From the NCBI GenBank assembly GCA_963836185.1, contig CAWIIQ010000002.1, positions 320,001 to 384,000 on the forward strand: DNA of 64,000 nucleotides, given 5' to 3'. Positions 55,104-64,000 of this stretch are shown one piece after another (position 1 is the stretch's first letter; the number at the start of each line of letters is the position of its first letter). This DNA comes from Candidatus Krumholzibacteriia bacterium (GTDB taxonomy: Bacteria > Krumholzibacteriota > Krumholzibacteriia > Krumholzibacteriales > Krumholzibacteriaceae). The notes under the pieces were generated by a model. That model made no database searches and had not been told where the DNA came from. It saw only the letters and a program-made list of their open reading frames with translations. The position numbers and the translations under genes are program-made.

Positions 55104-56557
55104 GTACGACGATATTCGAAAAAGGGACAGGCGGCAGAAGCGGAAGCTTCATACCGGCAAACGACTGTCCGGTCGACGATCTCGGGTTTGCGCATCCGCG
55201 CGGTGGAGAGGTCGGCCTGCCCCGTATCGGCGAGCAGGACCTGATCAGGCACTACGTCGAGCTTGCCTCGAAGAACTATCATATCGACAAGGGCATGTAT
55301 CCGCTCGGCAGCTGCACGATGAAGTACAATCCCGTCATCAACGAGGAAGTCGCGAGACTCGGCGGCTTTGCCGGCCTGCATCCCCTGCAGTCGGAAGATG
55401 ACGTGCAGGGAGCGCTCGAGCTGATGTATGAGCTCGAATCGGACCTCTGCGAGATCTGCGGGATGAGCGCGTTCAGCCTCCAGCCGGTAGCGGGCGCCCA
55501 CGGGGAGCTGACCGGCATGATGATCGCGAGGGACTGGTTCCGTCGCAGAGGAGAAGAGAGGAAGACCGTCCTCGTCCCCGATTCGGCCCACGGCACCAAC
55601 CCGGCGAGCGTAGTCATCTGCGGGTTCACCCCGAAGACTATCCCTTCCAACGAAGCGGGCCTTATCGATCCTGACGTGCTCGAGCGGGAGGCGGGCGACG
55701 ATACGGCGGTCCTGATGCTGACGCTGCCCAACACGCTCGGCCTCTTCGAAAAAGACATCGAGAGGATAATAAAGATAGTCCACGACGCCGGCGCCCTCGT
55801 CTACATGGACGGGGCTAACATGAACGCCCTGATGGGCATCGTCAGGCCCGGTTCGATAGGTGTCGATATAATGCATCTGAACCTTCACAAGACTTTCTCA
55901 ACCCCTCACGGAGGCGGCGGCCCGGGCTCAGGCCCCGTCGGGGTGCGCGAGCATCTGGCGGGCCTTCTGCCGGTGCCGAGGGTCGTAAGGGAGAACGGAC
56001 GTTTTACCCTCAGGGAGACGGACGAGGAGTCGATCGGCAGGGTCCATCCGTGGTTCGGCAACTTCAACGTCTTCGTCAAGGCCTATGCCTATATCAAGGC
56101 GCTCGGTGGCGAGGGGCTCAGAGAGGTCTCCGAGAACGCGATCCTCAACGCCAACTACCTGATGAAGAAGGTCGCCCGGGATTACGACATAAAGTATCCG
56201 GGCAGGTGCATGCACGAGTTCGTCGCTTCGGGAAGAAATCTGAAGAAGTTCGGGGTGAAGACGGTCGACGTGGCCAAGCGCCTTCTCGACTACGGCCTTC
56301 ACGCCCCGACAGTCTACTTTCCGCTGATCGTCGAGGAAGCTCTTATGATCGAGCCTGTCGAGACGGAAAAGAAAGAGACCCTCGACCATTTCGCCGACGT
56401 GATGGCGAAGATAGCGAGAGAAGCGGAAGAGAACCCGGATATCCTCCACGAGGCGCCGGTGACGACACCGGTCAGGCGTCTCGACGAGGCCGCCGCCGCT
56501 CGCTGCCCGGAGCTCTGCTGGTCCGGCCTGGAGTGTGTACCGATGGAGGACGAATGA
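55100..56557 (+). CDS. gcvPB: glycine dehydrogenase subunit 2
   Basis: PLGSCTMKYNP, SAHGTNPAS, HLNLHKTFSTPHGGGGPG. Confidence 0.97.
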   Translation: MSTTIFEKGTGGRSGSFIPANDCPVDDLGFAHPRGGEVGLPRIGEQDLIRHYVELASKNYHIDKGMYPLGSCTMKYNPVINEEVARLGGFAGLHPLQSEDDVQGALELMYELESDLCEICGMSAFSLQPVAGAHGELTGMMIARDWFRRRGEERKTVLVPDSAHGTNPASVVICGFTPKTIPSNEAGLIDPDVLEREAGDDTAVLMLTLPNTLGLFEKDIERIIKIVHDAGALVYMDGANMNALMGIVRPGSIGVDIMHLNLHKTFSTPHGGGGPGSGPVGVREHLAGLLPVPRVVRENGRFTLRETDEESIGRVHPWFGNFNVFVKAYAYIKALGGEGLREVSENAILNANYLMKKVARDYDIKYPGRCMHEFVASGRNLKKFGVKTVDVAKRLLDYGLHAPTVYFPLIVEEALMIEPVETEKKETLDHFADVMAKIAREAEENPDILHEAPVTTPVRRLDEAAAARCPELCWSGLECVPMEDE

Positions 56558-57352
56558 CGCAGTGGCTGCTTATCGACGACGCGCCGGCAAGCGGCGCGAG
56601 GAACATGGCCGTCGATGAGTTTCTTTTGAGAAGAGTTGAAAACGATGGCGGAGCCCCGGTGCTCCGCCTTTATTCTTTCAGTCCGCCGGCGATCACGCTC
56701 GGTTACCACCAGGATGCGTCGAAGGCGATAGACATTTCTGCGGTCGGGGCCGACGGGCTCGACATCGTCAGGAGGATAACGGGGGGCAGGGCCCTGTTGC
56801 ACGACGGTGAGCTGACCTACTCGGTGACCGCGCCGATCGGCCCGCCCTTCGGGCAGGGGCTCGCCGATACCTTTCTCGTCATAGCTGGGGTGATCGTCTC
56901 TGCCCTTCGCCGGTCGGGGATAGAAGCCCGGCTCGGAAGCGCCAGGCATACCGGGGTGGAGAAGCTCGATGTCATCGCCCTGCCTCGTATCGACGAGCAG
57001 GCACGAGATAACGGCCGGGGGAAGGAAGATATCGGGAAGCGCGCAGAGAAGGACCGGCGGAGCGTTCATCCAGCATGGATCGATACTCATGCGGACCGGC
57101 TCCGAGAGGATCGAGCAGTACCTTCGCGGGGGATGGAAGGGGCTCGCGGGGATGATCACGACTGTCGAGGCGGAGACGGGCGGTGCTGGAAAGGACAGGA
57201 GAGCTCCGCGGCCACATCATAGATCTGTTCGGTGAGCGCATGGGGGGAGAGCCGAAAGAGCTCCAGCTCGATCAGGCCGGGCATCGCGGCGATTGATATC
57301 GCCGAGGCGGACAAGAAGGCCGAGTTCTCCATCGGAAAGGCGGCAGCGGTGA
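56554..57352 (+). CDS. lipoate/octanoyl-protein ligase (LipM/LplA family), frameshifted; end approximate
   Basis: NMAVDE, LRLY, RRITGGRALLH, ELTYS, KISGSAQRR, QHGSI. Confidence 0.85.
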
Positions 57353-58335
57353 TGCTGCGGTACTTCGCGGGCAGGCTCGGGCAGTCGGTCCTTCTCGTCT
57401 GGCTCGTCCTGACCATCACATTCTTCCTCCTGCATCTCGCTCCCGGCGATCCGATGGCGAGGTACGACGATCCGGAGATGGCTCCGGAGACTGTCGAGAT
57501 GATGCGCAGGCAGTTCGGCCTCGACCGCAGCATCCCGGAACAGTACGTGAGGTGGATCTCGAACTTCTGCGTGGGGGATTTCGGGCTCAGCCTCAGGTAT
57601 AACCGTCCGGTCTCCGAGCTTCTCGCCCGAGCGGTTCCCAACACCCTGCGCCTGACCATAGCCGCCCTGACAGTATACATCGTCCTCGGCGTGGCTCTCG
57701 GAATAACCTCGGCGGCGAGGAAGGACTCGCTCTTCGACCGCTCCGGGACGCTCGCCGCTCTCGTCGTATATTCGATCCCGTCGTTCTGGCTCGCCCTGAT
57801 GCTGATCATGCTCTTCTCGCTGAAGCTGGGATGGTTACCATCGTCGCACATGCAGTCGATCGATGCGGCAAGCCTCGGCGCGTTCGCCCTGTTCCGCGAC
57901 AGGGCCGCCCACCTCGTCCTGCCCGCCTTCGTCCTCGGAGTGGCGTCGGCGGCCGGGATGGCCCGCTACATGAGGGGAAGCATGCTCGACGAGCTGCGGC
58001 GAGACTACGTCAGGACGGCGAGGGCCAAGGGGCTTTCCGAAGGTTCGGTGCTGATGAAGCATGCCTTCCGGAACGCGGCGATACCGATCGTGACGATCGT
58101 CGGCCTGAGCTTTCCCTTCCTGCTCGGAGGATCGGTCATAACGGAGAGGATATTCTCGTGGCCCGGAATGGGATCGCTGATGGTCGAATCGATATTCACG
58201 AGGGATTACCCCGTCGTCCTCGCTATCAATTTCATCGTCTCGGTGATGGTCATCCTCGGCAATCTTCTCGCCGATCTCGGTTACGCGCTTCTCGATCCGA
58301 GGATCGCCTGGTCCGGAGAGGAGGGGAAGCGATGA
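57352..58335 (+). CDS. oppB: oligopeptide/dipeptide ABC transporter permease (OppB/DppB)
   Basis: APGDP, GDFGLS, DYVRTARAKGL, HAFRNA, RDYPV. Confidence 0.9.
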   Translation: MLRYFAGRLGQSVLLVWLVLTITFFLLHLAPGDPMARYDDPEMAPETVEMMRRQFGLDRSIPEQYVRWISNFCVGDFGLSLRYNRPVSELLARAVPNTLRLTIAALTVYIVLGVALGITSAARKDSLFDRSGTLAALVVYSIPSFWLALMLIMLFSLKLGWLPSSHMQSIDAASLGAFALFRDRAAHLVLPAFVLGVASAAGMARYMRGSMLDELRRDYVRTARAKGLSEGSVLMKHAFRNAAIPIVTIVGLSFPFLLGGSVITERIFSWPGMGSLMVESIFTRDYPVVLAINFIVSVMVILGNLLADLGYALLDPRIAWSGEEGKR

Positions 58336-59189
58336 GCGGCGGCAGGTCGTTATGGTCGGCCGGATGGGCGAGGTTCCGCGGGAACCCCCTGGCGATGGCA
58401 GGGGCCGTGACGGTGCTGATCCTCTATCTCGTCGCGATATTCGCCCCCGTGCTGACCCCGTACGACCCGGTCTCTCACGGCGACCTGCCCGGGATGAGGC
58501 ACCAGCCCCCGTCGAGGGCGCATCCGCTCGGAACCGACAAGTTCGGCCGCGACGTATTCAGCAGGATAGTCTACGGCTCGAGGATCTCGCTTACCGTGAG
58601 CTTTCTCGCCGTCGCGCTGTCGGTACTTCTCGGATCGATAATAGGGGCGGTCGCCGGGTATTCCGGCGGGTTTGTCGATGCGGTGCTGATGCGGATAGTC
58701 GACGCGCTCATGTCGATACCGAGGCTCTTCCTGCTGCTTACATGCATAGCGCTCTTCTCGAGGCGCCTTCTGCTGGTCACCATACTGCTCGGAGCGACGG
58801 GATGGATGGGTACGGCCCGCCTTGTACGCGGGCAGATACTGACTCTCAAGAGCAGGGAATTTATCAGCGCCGCCGAGGCGCTCGGAGCGGGGAGCAGGAG
58901 GATCGTCCTCTGTCATCTCATTCCGAACGCCCTGACGGTGATAATCGTATCGGCGACCTTGAGGATAGGGCTTATCATCCTCGTCGAGGCATCGCTCAGT
59001 TTTCTCGGCCTCGGTGTCCCGCCTCCGACGCCGAGCTGGGGGATGATGGTCTACGAGGGACGCGAGGTGCTGCTCGACGCATGGTGGGTTTCGACCTTTC
59101 CCGGCCTCGCGATTGTTGTTACAGTAGTCGCGTACAATCTGATGGGCGACGGCCTGAGAGATTCGTTCGATCCGGTACAGTTCACATAG
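58332..59189 (+). CDS. oppC: oligopeptide/dipeptide ABC transporter permease (OppC/DppC)
   Basis: [30 protein letters not shown]. Confidence 0.9.
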   Translation: MSGGRSLWSAGWARFRGNPLAMAGAVTVLILYLVAIFAPVLTPYDPVSHGDLPGMRHQPPSRAHPLGTDKFGRDVFSRIVYGSRISLTVSFLAVALSVLLGSIIGAVAGYSGGFVDAVLMRIVDALMSIPRLFLLLTCIALFSRRLLLVTILLGATGWMGTARLVRGQILTLKSREFISAAEALGAGSRRIVLCHLIPNALTVIIVSATLRIGLIILVEASLSFLGLGVPPPTPSWGMMVYEGREVLLDAWWVSTFPGLAIVVTVVAYNLMGDGLRDSFDPVQFT

Positions 59190-59205
59190 ACGATGGAAGA
59201 ATAAT

Positions 59206-60183
59206 ATGCCTGAAGAGCTGCTCAAGATAGACGCGCTTAAGACGGTCTTCCATACCGAGGCCGGGACGGCCAGGGCGGTCGACGGCGTGAGCTTTACCGT
59301 CGGGCGCGGAGAGACCGTCGGACTGGTCGGCGAGTCGGGATGCGGCAAGAGTGTGACGGCGCTGTCGATATTGAGACTCATAGCAGATCCTCCCGGACGG
59401 ATCGAAAGCGGCAGCATCCTCTTCGAGGGGAGGGACCTCCTCGGCCTGAGCGAGAAGGAGATGAGGAAGGTCAGGGGGAACGAGATATCGATCGTCTTCC
59501 AGGAGCCGCTCAGCAGCCTCAATCCCGTATTCACCTGCGGGGAACAGATCAGGGAAGCGATAGCACTCCACCAGAAGCTGGGCCGGAAAGCATCGAAGGA
59601 AAAGGCGATCGACATGCTGAGGCTCGTCAGGATCCCCGACCCGGAGAAACGCTACGGCAGCTACCCGCACCAGATGAGCGGAGGGATGAGGCAGCGGGTG
59701 ATGATCGCGATGGCGCTGAGCTGCCAGCCGAAGCTTCTCATCGCCGATGAGCCCTCGACCGCTCTCGACGTCTCGGTGCAGGCCCAGATCATAGAGCTTC
59801 TCGACGAGCTTCGCTCCGGCATGGACATGGCTGTCCTGCTGATCACTCACGACCTTGCGGTGGTGGCGCAGATGGCCGACCGTGTCGTCGTGATGTACGC
59901 CGGAGCGGTAGTAGAGGAATCACCGGTAGGCGAGATCTTCAGTTCACCTGCCCATCCATATACGAAAGGGCTTCTCGACTCTCTCCCGAAGCTCGGGCAG
60001 GACCTCGAAAGGCTGCCGATGATCCCGGGTACAGTCCCCGACCCGCTCCATCTCCCCGAAGGATGCAGGTTCAGCGACCGTTGTTCCGAGAGGTTCGAGA
60101 GATGTGCCGCAGAGCCTCCTCTGTTCGATCTGCCCGGCGGCCGCCGGGCGAGATGCTGGCTGCTCGAGGAGGGTGACGGATGA
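59206..60183 (+). CDS. oppD: oligopeptide ABC transporter ATPase (OppD)
   Basis: [32 protein letters not shown]. Confidence 0.92.
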   Translation: MPEELLKIDALKTVFHTEAGTARAVDGVSFTVGRGETVGLVGESGCGKSVTALSILRLIADPPGRIESGSILFEGRDLLGLSEKEMRKVRGNEISIVFQEPLSSLNPVFTCGEQIREAIALHQKLGRKASKEKAIDMLRLVRIPDPEKRYGSYPHQMSGGMRQRVMIAMALSCQPKLLIADEPSTALDVSVQAQIIELLDELRSGMDMAVLLITHDLAVVAQMADRVVVMYAGAVVEESPVGEIFSSPAHPYTKGLLDSLPKLGQDLERLPMIPGTVPDPLHLPEGCRFSDRCSERFERCAAEPPLFDLPGGRRARCWLLEEGDG

Positions 60184-61142
60184 ACATCCTCTCCGCGAAA
60201 GGGTTGAAGAAATATTACAGGAGCGCCGGCGGGTTGTTCATGCGCGGCAGCAGGCTGCTTCGCGCCGTGGACGGCGTCGATATCGATCTGGAAAAAGGAA
60301 AGACGCTGGGTCTCGTCGGAGAATCGGGCTGCGGCAAGAGCACGCTCTCTCGCCTGCTCATGCGTCTCGAGGAACCGACCGAGGGGACACTCGAGATCGA
60401 CGGGACCGATTTCCTCTCCCTCAAGGGAGGGGAACTGCGCAGGGCGCGAAGGAAGATACAGATGATCTTCCAGGATCCTTATTCCTCGCTCAATCCGAGG
60501 CTGACGGTGGGCAGTACGATAGCTGAGGGGATAAGGATACACAAGCTGGCAAGGGGCGCTGATGTGCAGCGGCGCGTCGGCGAACTGCTCGACAAGGTCG
60601 GCCTGCCCAGGGCGGCTTATTCGAGGTATCCGCACGAGTTCTCGGGAGGGCAGAGGCAAAGGGTGGGAATAGCGCGCGCCCTGGCCGTCGAACCCGACAT
60701 CATAGTGGCGGATGAACCTGTATCGGCTCTTGATGTCTCGGTACAGGCCCAGATCATAAACCTCCTGGCCGATCTGCAGAAGGACCTGGGGCTGACCTAT
60801 CTTTTTGTCGCGCACGATCTCGGTGTAGTCGAGCATGTGAGCGACCGTATCTCGGTGATGTATCTCGGCAGGATAGTCGAATCAGCACCGGCGAAAGAGC
60901 TTTTTTCCGCCCCGATTCATCCGTACACGCAGGGCCTGCTCGCCTCCATCCCTACGGCGAGTCCCGGTCGAAGAGTAAAGGCCGCCATCAGCGGGGACGT
61001 TCCCAGTCCCGTAGATATTCCCGACGGCTGCTCTTTCAATACGAGATGCCCGATGGCGTTCGGCCGCTGCGGAACCGATATACCGGAGCTCCGGGAGGTC
61101 TCGCCCGGGCGCCGGACGGCGTGCTGGCTGCATGAGGAATAG
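60180..61142 (+). CDS. oppF: oligopeptide ABC transporter ATPase (OppF)
   Basis: [39 protein letters not shown]. Confidence 0.92.
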   Translation: MNILSAKGLKKYYRSAGGLFMRGSRLLRAVDGVDIDLEKGKTLGLVGESGCGKSTLSRLLMRLEEPTEGTLEIDGTDFLSLKGGELRRARRKIQMIFQDPYSSLNPRLTVGSTIAEGIRIHKLARGADVQRRVGELLDKVGLPRAAYSRYPHEFSGGQRQRVGIARALAVEPDIIVADEPVSALDVSVQAQIINLLADLQKDLGLTYLFVAHDLGVVEHVSDRISVMYLGRIVESAPAKELFSAPIHPYTQGLLASIPTASPGRRVKAAISGDVPSPVDIPDGCSFNTRCPMAFGRCGTDIPELREVSPGRRTACWLHEE

Positions 61143-61155
61143 TCGGGCGCCTTGT

Positions 61156-61431
61156 TCAGCGCCTTCTGGTCTGTCCGTCGAGGATACGTTTCGATACCGA
61201 ACCACCGGTCTTGAGCACCTTTGATCCTCTTGTGATCTTGCAGAGACTCACTCCGAGCTTAGAGGCGATGTCGCGCTGAGAATGACCTCGCTCCAGCATC
61301 TCCATCACCTTCCATCGCTTGGATATATCCTCGATCTCAGAGGGGGTGAAGACCTCTCTGATGAATCTCTTCATCGTCCGAGGATCGTCTATCGAGCAGA
61401 ATATCTTTACAAGCCTGTCAGTTGCTTTCAT
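61156..61431 (-). CDS. TrpR-like (YerC/YecD family) repressor
   Basis: FT.SE...I..RW, SQRDIASKLGVSLCKITRGS. Confidence 0.88.
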   Translation of the reverse strand: MKATDRLVKIFCSIDDPRTMKRFIREVFTPSEIEDISKRWKVMEMLERGHSQRDIASKLGVSLCKITRGSKVLKTGGSVSKRILDGQTRRR

Positions 61432-61601
61432 CTCTCCAGTCCTGTGTGAAAAAAGAAATCGGAGTCACCCTCCGCTGCAGGTGCTCGCATGTGACGGGAC
61501 CTGGGAGAGCCGGATTATCCGAGGGGTGCGACCGGCCCTTTGAGCCTCTGCGGAATCGTGACTCCGATATCCCGGAATTAGATATCAGGTGGCACCGCGT
61601 A

Positions 61602-61641
61602 TGTTACTGTCAATAGAATCATGTTTCTATTGACAGTAACA
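61602..61641. promoter_or_regulatory. 40-bp near-perfect palindrome, putative operator
   Basis: TGTTACTGTCAATAGAA-TCATGT-TTCTATTGACAGTAACA. Confidence 0.65.
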
Positions 61642-61697
61642 GTATATCCGGGAAGCGGGGTCTTGTAAAGGGTTATTTTCAGGACCGCCTCTTTTTT

Positions 61698-61726
61698 TTG
61701 AATATTCTCTCCGCATGATGTACAAT
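61698..61726 (+). promoter_or_regulatory. sigma70 promoter of tag
   Basis: TTGAAT-17 nt-TACAAT, ~25 nt before the ATG, GGAG RBS. Confidence 0.65.
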
Positions 61727-61751
61727 GTAGCCCCCTGGAAGGAGAGGATGG

Positions 61752-62318
61752 ATGAAGCGCAGCTGTGAATGGCCCTCTGGCGACCCCCTGATGATCGAAT
61801 ACCACGACACGGAATGGGGAGTGCCTGTCCACGATGACAGGAAACTCTTCGAGTTCCTCGTCCTCGATGCCATGCAGGCGGGGCTGAGCTGGCGGACCGT
61901 ATTGAACAAGCGTGAGAACTTCCGCAAGGCGTTCAGGTCGTTCGATCCCGTCAAGGTGGCGAAGTTCGGGAAACGCGATCTAGAGAGGCTGATGAAAGAT
62001 TCCGGCATCATCAGGAACAGGCTCAAGATAGAATCGGCTGTGACAAACGCGAAGGCTCTGGTAAAGGTACAGAAGGAGTTCGGGTCGTTTGATTCGTACA
62101 TCTGGTCGTTCACCGGCGGCAGGACGATAAAGAACAGGTTGAAGAGTCTCGAAGAGATGCCCGCCGAGTCGGATGAGTCGAGGGCGATGAGCAAAGATAT
62201 GAAAAAGAGGGGCTTCAGGTTCTGCGGCCCCGTGATATGCTACGCTTTCATGCAGGCTGCCGGGATGGTCAACGACCACCTCGTCCACTGCTTCAGGTAC
62301 AGGGAGGTCGGAAGATGA
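61752..62318 (+). CDS. tag: DNA-3-methyladenine glycosylase I
   Basis: C.W, YHDTEWG, QAGLSW, IIRNRLKI, QAAGMVNDH...C. Confidence 0.96.
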   Translation: MKRSCEWPSGDPLMIEYHDTEWGVPVHDDRKLFEFLVLDAMQAGLSWRTVLNKRENFRKAFRSFDPVKVAKFGKRDLERLMKDSGIIRNRLKIESAVTNAKALVKVQKEFGSFDSYIWSFTGGRTIKNRLKSLEEMPAESDESRAMSKDMKKRGFRFCGPVICYAFMQAAGMVNDHLVHCFRYREVGR

Positions 62319-63133
62319 GATCGATGATACTGCTGATCGTTCTGATGTTGATATTCATGACGGCGGGGTGTGATGAGACTGACCCCCTCGTCGAGGACGA
62401 GGATTTCATACTGGCCGTTATGGTCCTCGACGAGGGCGGGCAGCCGAAGGCGGGGATGAGCGTCGCGAGACTCAACAGTCTCGATGGCATCACTCCGGGA
62501 TTTTCAAACCAGGTTCCTGCGGTCGCTGCTGACGATCTCGGGATATCGTATCCCAATCCCTTCTACGGCGTTACGTCTATCGAATATTCGACTTCCGAAA
62601 CGAGGAACGTTCTGCTCGAGGTATTCGACTGGCGCGACAATCATGTCAGGACGGTCCTTGACGGCAGGATGCAGGCCGGCTCCTACACAGCGAACTGGGA
62701 CGGGATGGATACGGGTGGGGAAGGTGTCGTTAATGGTGTGTATTCCTTTCGCCTGACCATCACCGATACGCTGGATGTCCCGGAGTATTCCTGGAATGGA
62801 AGCATCGACTGTACGGTATTCGATCTCAGGGACACCGGGAGGTACTGGATAGGTTCGACCGACGCGACCGGATTCTTCTCCACCCGCGACCTCGATCTCT
62901 TTCCCTCGCTGCAGGGGCATGGATCCCAGGATGCGTACAATGAGGTGAAGGACTTTTTGGGGAACTTCTCGTTCAGCGACACAGTTACGATAAAGGTCTC
63001 GACGCCGCCTCCCGCTGAGGGAGGATGGATCTATCACATGAGCCGCCGGGCCGTGCTCGTCGACGGGCCGAACTATCTCGAGTTCTATTTTGTTCCGGAC
63101 GATTCGACCGGAGTCTTAGCAGAGGGCCGTTGA
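62315..63133 (+). CDS. lipoprotein with internal FlgD-Ig/T9SS-CTD-like domain
   Basis: Lipobox MTAGC; YPNPF...VFD...VRTV...AG...WDG...NGVY in the middle of the protein. Confidence 0.75.
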   Translation: MRSMILLIVLMLIFMTAGCDETDPLVEDEDFILAVMVLDEGGQPKAGMSVARLNSLDGITPGFSNQVPAVAADDLGISYPNPFYGVTSIEYSTSETRNVLLEVFDWRDNHVRTVLDGRMQAGSYTANWDGMDTGGEGVVNGVYSFRLTITDTLDVPEYSWNGSIDCTVFDLRDTGRYWIGSTDATGFFSTRDLDLFPSLQGHGSQDAYNEVKDFLGNFSFSDTVTIKVSTPPPAEGGWIYHMSRRAVLVDGPNYLEFYFVPDDSTGVLAEGR

Positions 63134-63334
63134 CCGGTCTCAAAACCCTTTTCGGCTGTTTTCGGGCCGTCCCGGTTTTTTCCCGGGGCGGCCGTATTTT
63201 CCTTGGGGCAGCCTGCCGAATGTATTAATATATCAATCCCCGATTTACGGTGCATCCGTGCGCTGCCGGGGAACGCATCTCCGGGTCCTGACGGCGGACC
63301 CGGAAAAACCAACGAAAGCAAACGGGAGCTGAAC

Positions 63335-63652
63335 ATGGTCGAAAAGCATCTCGATGCCATTCGCGCTAAGGAATCGGAAGCGCGCGGACGCCTCGCGGAG
63401 ACCGCGAAAGAAGCTGAGCTTCTCCTGGAAAAAGCGCGCGCCGAGGGCGAGAAGCTGATCGAGGAAACCAAGATAAGCGGAAACGAACTGATGCGCTCGA
63501 TGACGGCCGAAGCGAAGAGCGAGGCCGACAGCGAGATCGTGACGCTCAGGGCTGGGAGCGCTGAAGCGTGGGCGGAACTCGATGGAGCCGCCGGACGCAA
63601 CCGGGACAAGGCGCTCGAGCTGATCATCCGCACTTTCAGGCAGGGCCTCTGA
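63335..63652 (+). CDS. V/A-type ATP synthase peripheral-stalk subunit (H/G-like)
   Basis: E/K/A-rich coiled coil of ~105 aa directly before subunit I. Confidence 0.7.
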   Translation: MVEKHLDAIRAKESEARGRLAETAKEAELLLEKARAEGEKLIEETKISGNELMRSMTAEAKSEADSEIVTLRAGSAEAWAELDGAAGRNRDKALELIIRTFRQGL

Positions 63653-63673
63653 CCCTGGCCGGGAGGGACTCAT

Positions 63674-64000
63674 TTGGCTGTCAGCCGCATGCTGAAGATG
63701 CAGCTGCTGGGACATTCTTCCATAAAGGATGATCTCAAGAGGTACCTGCGCGCCCACGGCGTCGTGGAGATCACGACGAGGGAGGTGGATTCGGCCCCTC
63801 TCGAGCCGCGCAGAGATCTCGAGACCGGACTTGAGAGCGCCGACAACGCGCTCGATTTCCTCTCCGCGTACGAGCCCCCGAGATCATTCTTCGAGAAAGT
63901 CTCAGCCGGCCCGCTCGAGACGAGTGACGGAGCGTCGGCGGATCTTGCCGGGCGGATCTCCGTGACAGAGATCTCGGACCGGTGCGCGGGCCTTCAGGCC
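63674..64000 (+). CDS. V/A-type ATP synthase subunit I, 3'-truncated by window edge
   Basis: GGAGG RBS, TTG start, MAVSRMLKMQLLG...LRAHGVVEI typical of NtpI N-termini. Confidence 0.75.
   Translation, partial: MAVSRMLKMQLLGHSSIKDDLKRYLRAHGVVEITTREVDSAPLEPRRDLETGLESADNALDFLSAYEPPRSFFEKVSAGPLETSDGASADLAGRISVTEISDRCAGLQA

Noticed and set aside
5997-60836. Long antisense or overlapping ORFs (e.g. 5997..7685+, 18638..20308-, 20052..22337-, 41599..44061-, 58350..59615-)
   Set aside because: Shadow frames of confidently identified genes, expected with high-GC codon bias, with no motifs of their own.
61514-61585. SAM-I or TPP riboswitch (TTATCCGAGGGGTG...GGCCCTTTGAGCC)
   Set aside because: Partial resemblance only. 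It lacks the SAM-I GCAACC/GGUGC P3 core and the TPP CUGAGA motif, and no matching downstream gene exists.

Overview
GC-rich bacterial chromosome segment from a diderm, probably FCB-related candidate lineage such as Ca. Krumholzibacteriota (inferred from gene content, not tested). It holds housekeeping blocks (ahcY; lptFG; rimP-nusA-infB-ylxP-rbfA-nrnA-truB-ribF-rpsO-pnp-M16 peptidase-dut; asnS; uvrA-gcvTHPaPb-lipoyl ligase-oppBCDF; tag; start of a V/A-type ATPase operon) and two envelope/secretion loci. Locus 1 (1.3-18 kb) has four tandem GWxTD-like paralogs and lptG/lptF, transcribed divergently from a ~2,100-aa SprA (type IX secretion translocon) homolog followed by a glutaminyl-cyclase-like M28 lipoprotein. 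Locus 2 (36.2-45.5 kb) is five co-oriented secreted-protein genes, several with cohesin/dockerin-like modules. Each ends in either a canonical T9SS/FlgD-Ig C-terminal domain or a short TEE[ST][TS]WGAIK tail. That tail is the best candidate for an undescribed C-terminal sorting/anchoring signal serving a cohesin-dockerin-like surface complex. Many genes, including core ones, are split by single-base indels, often in homopolymers, consistent with long-read assembly error, so split-gene coordinates are reconstructions. No rRNA, tRNA, CRISPR array, transposase or integrase was recognised.
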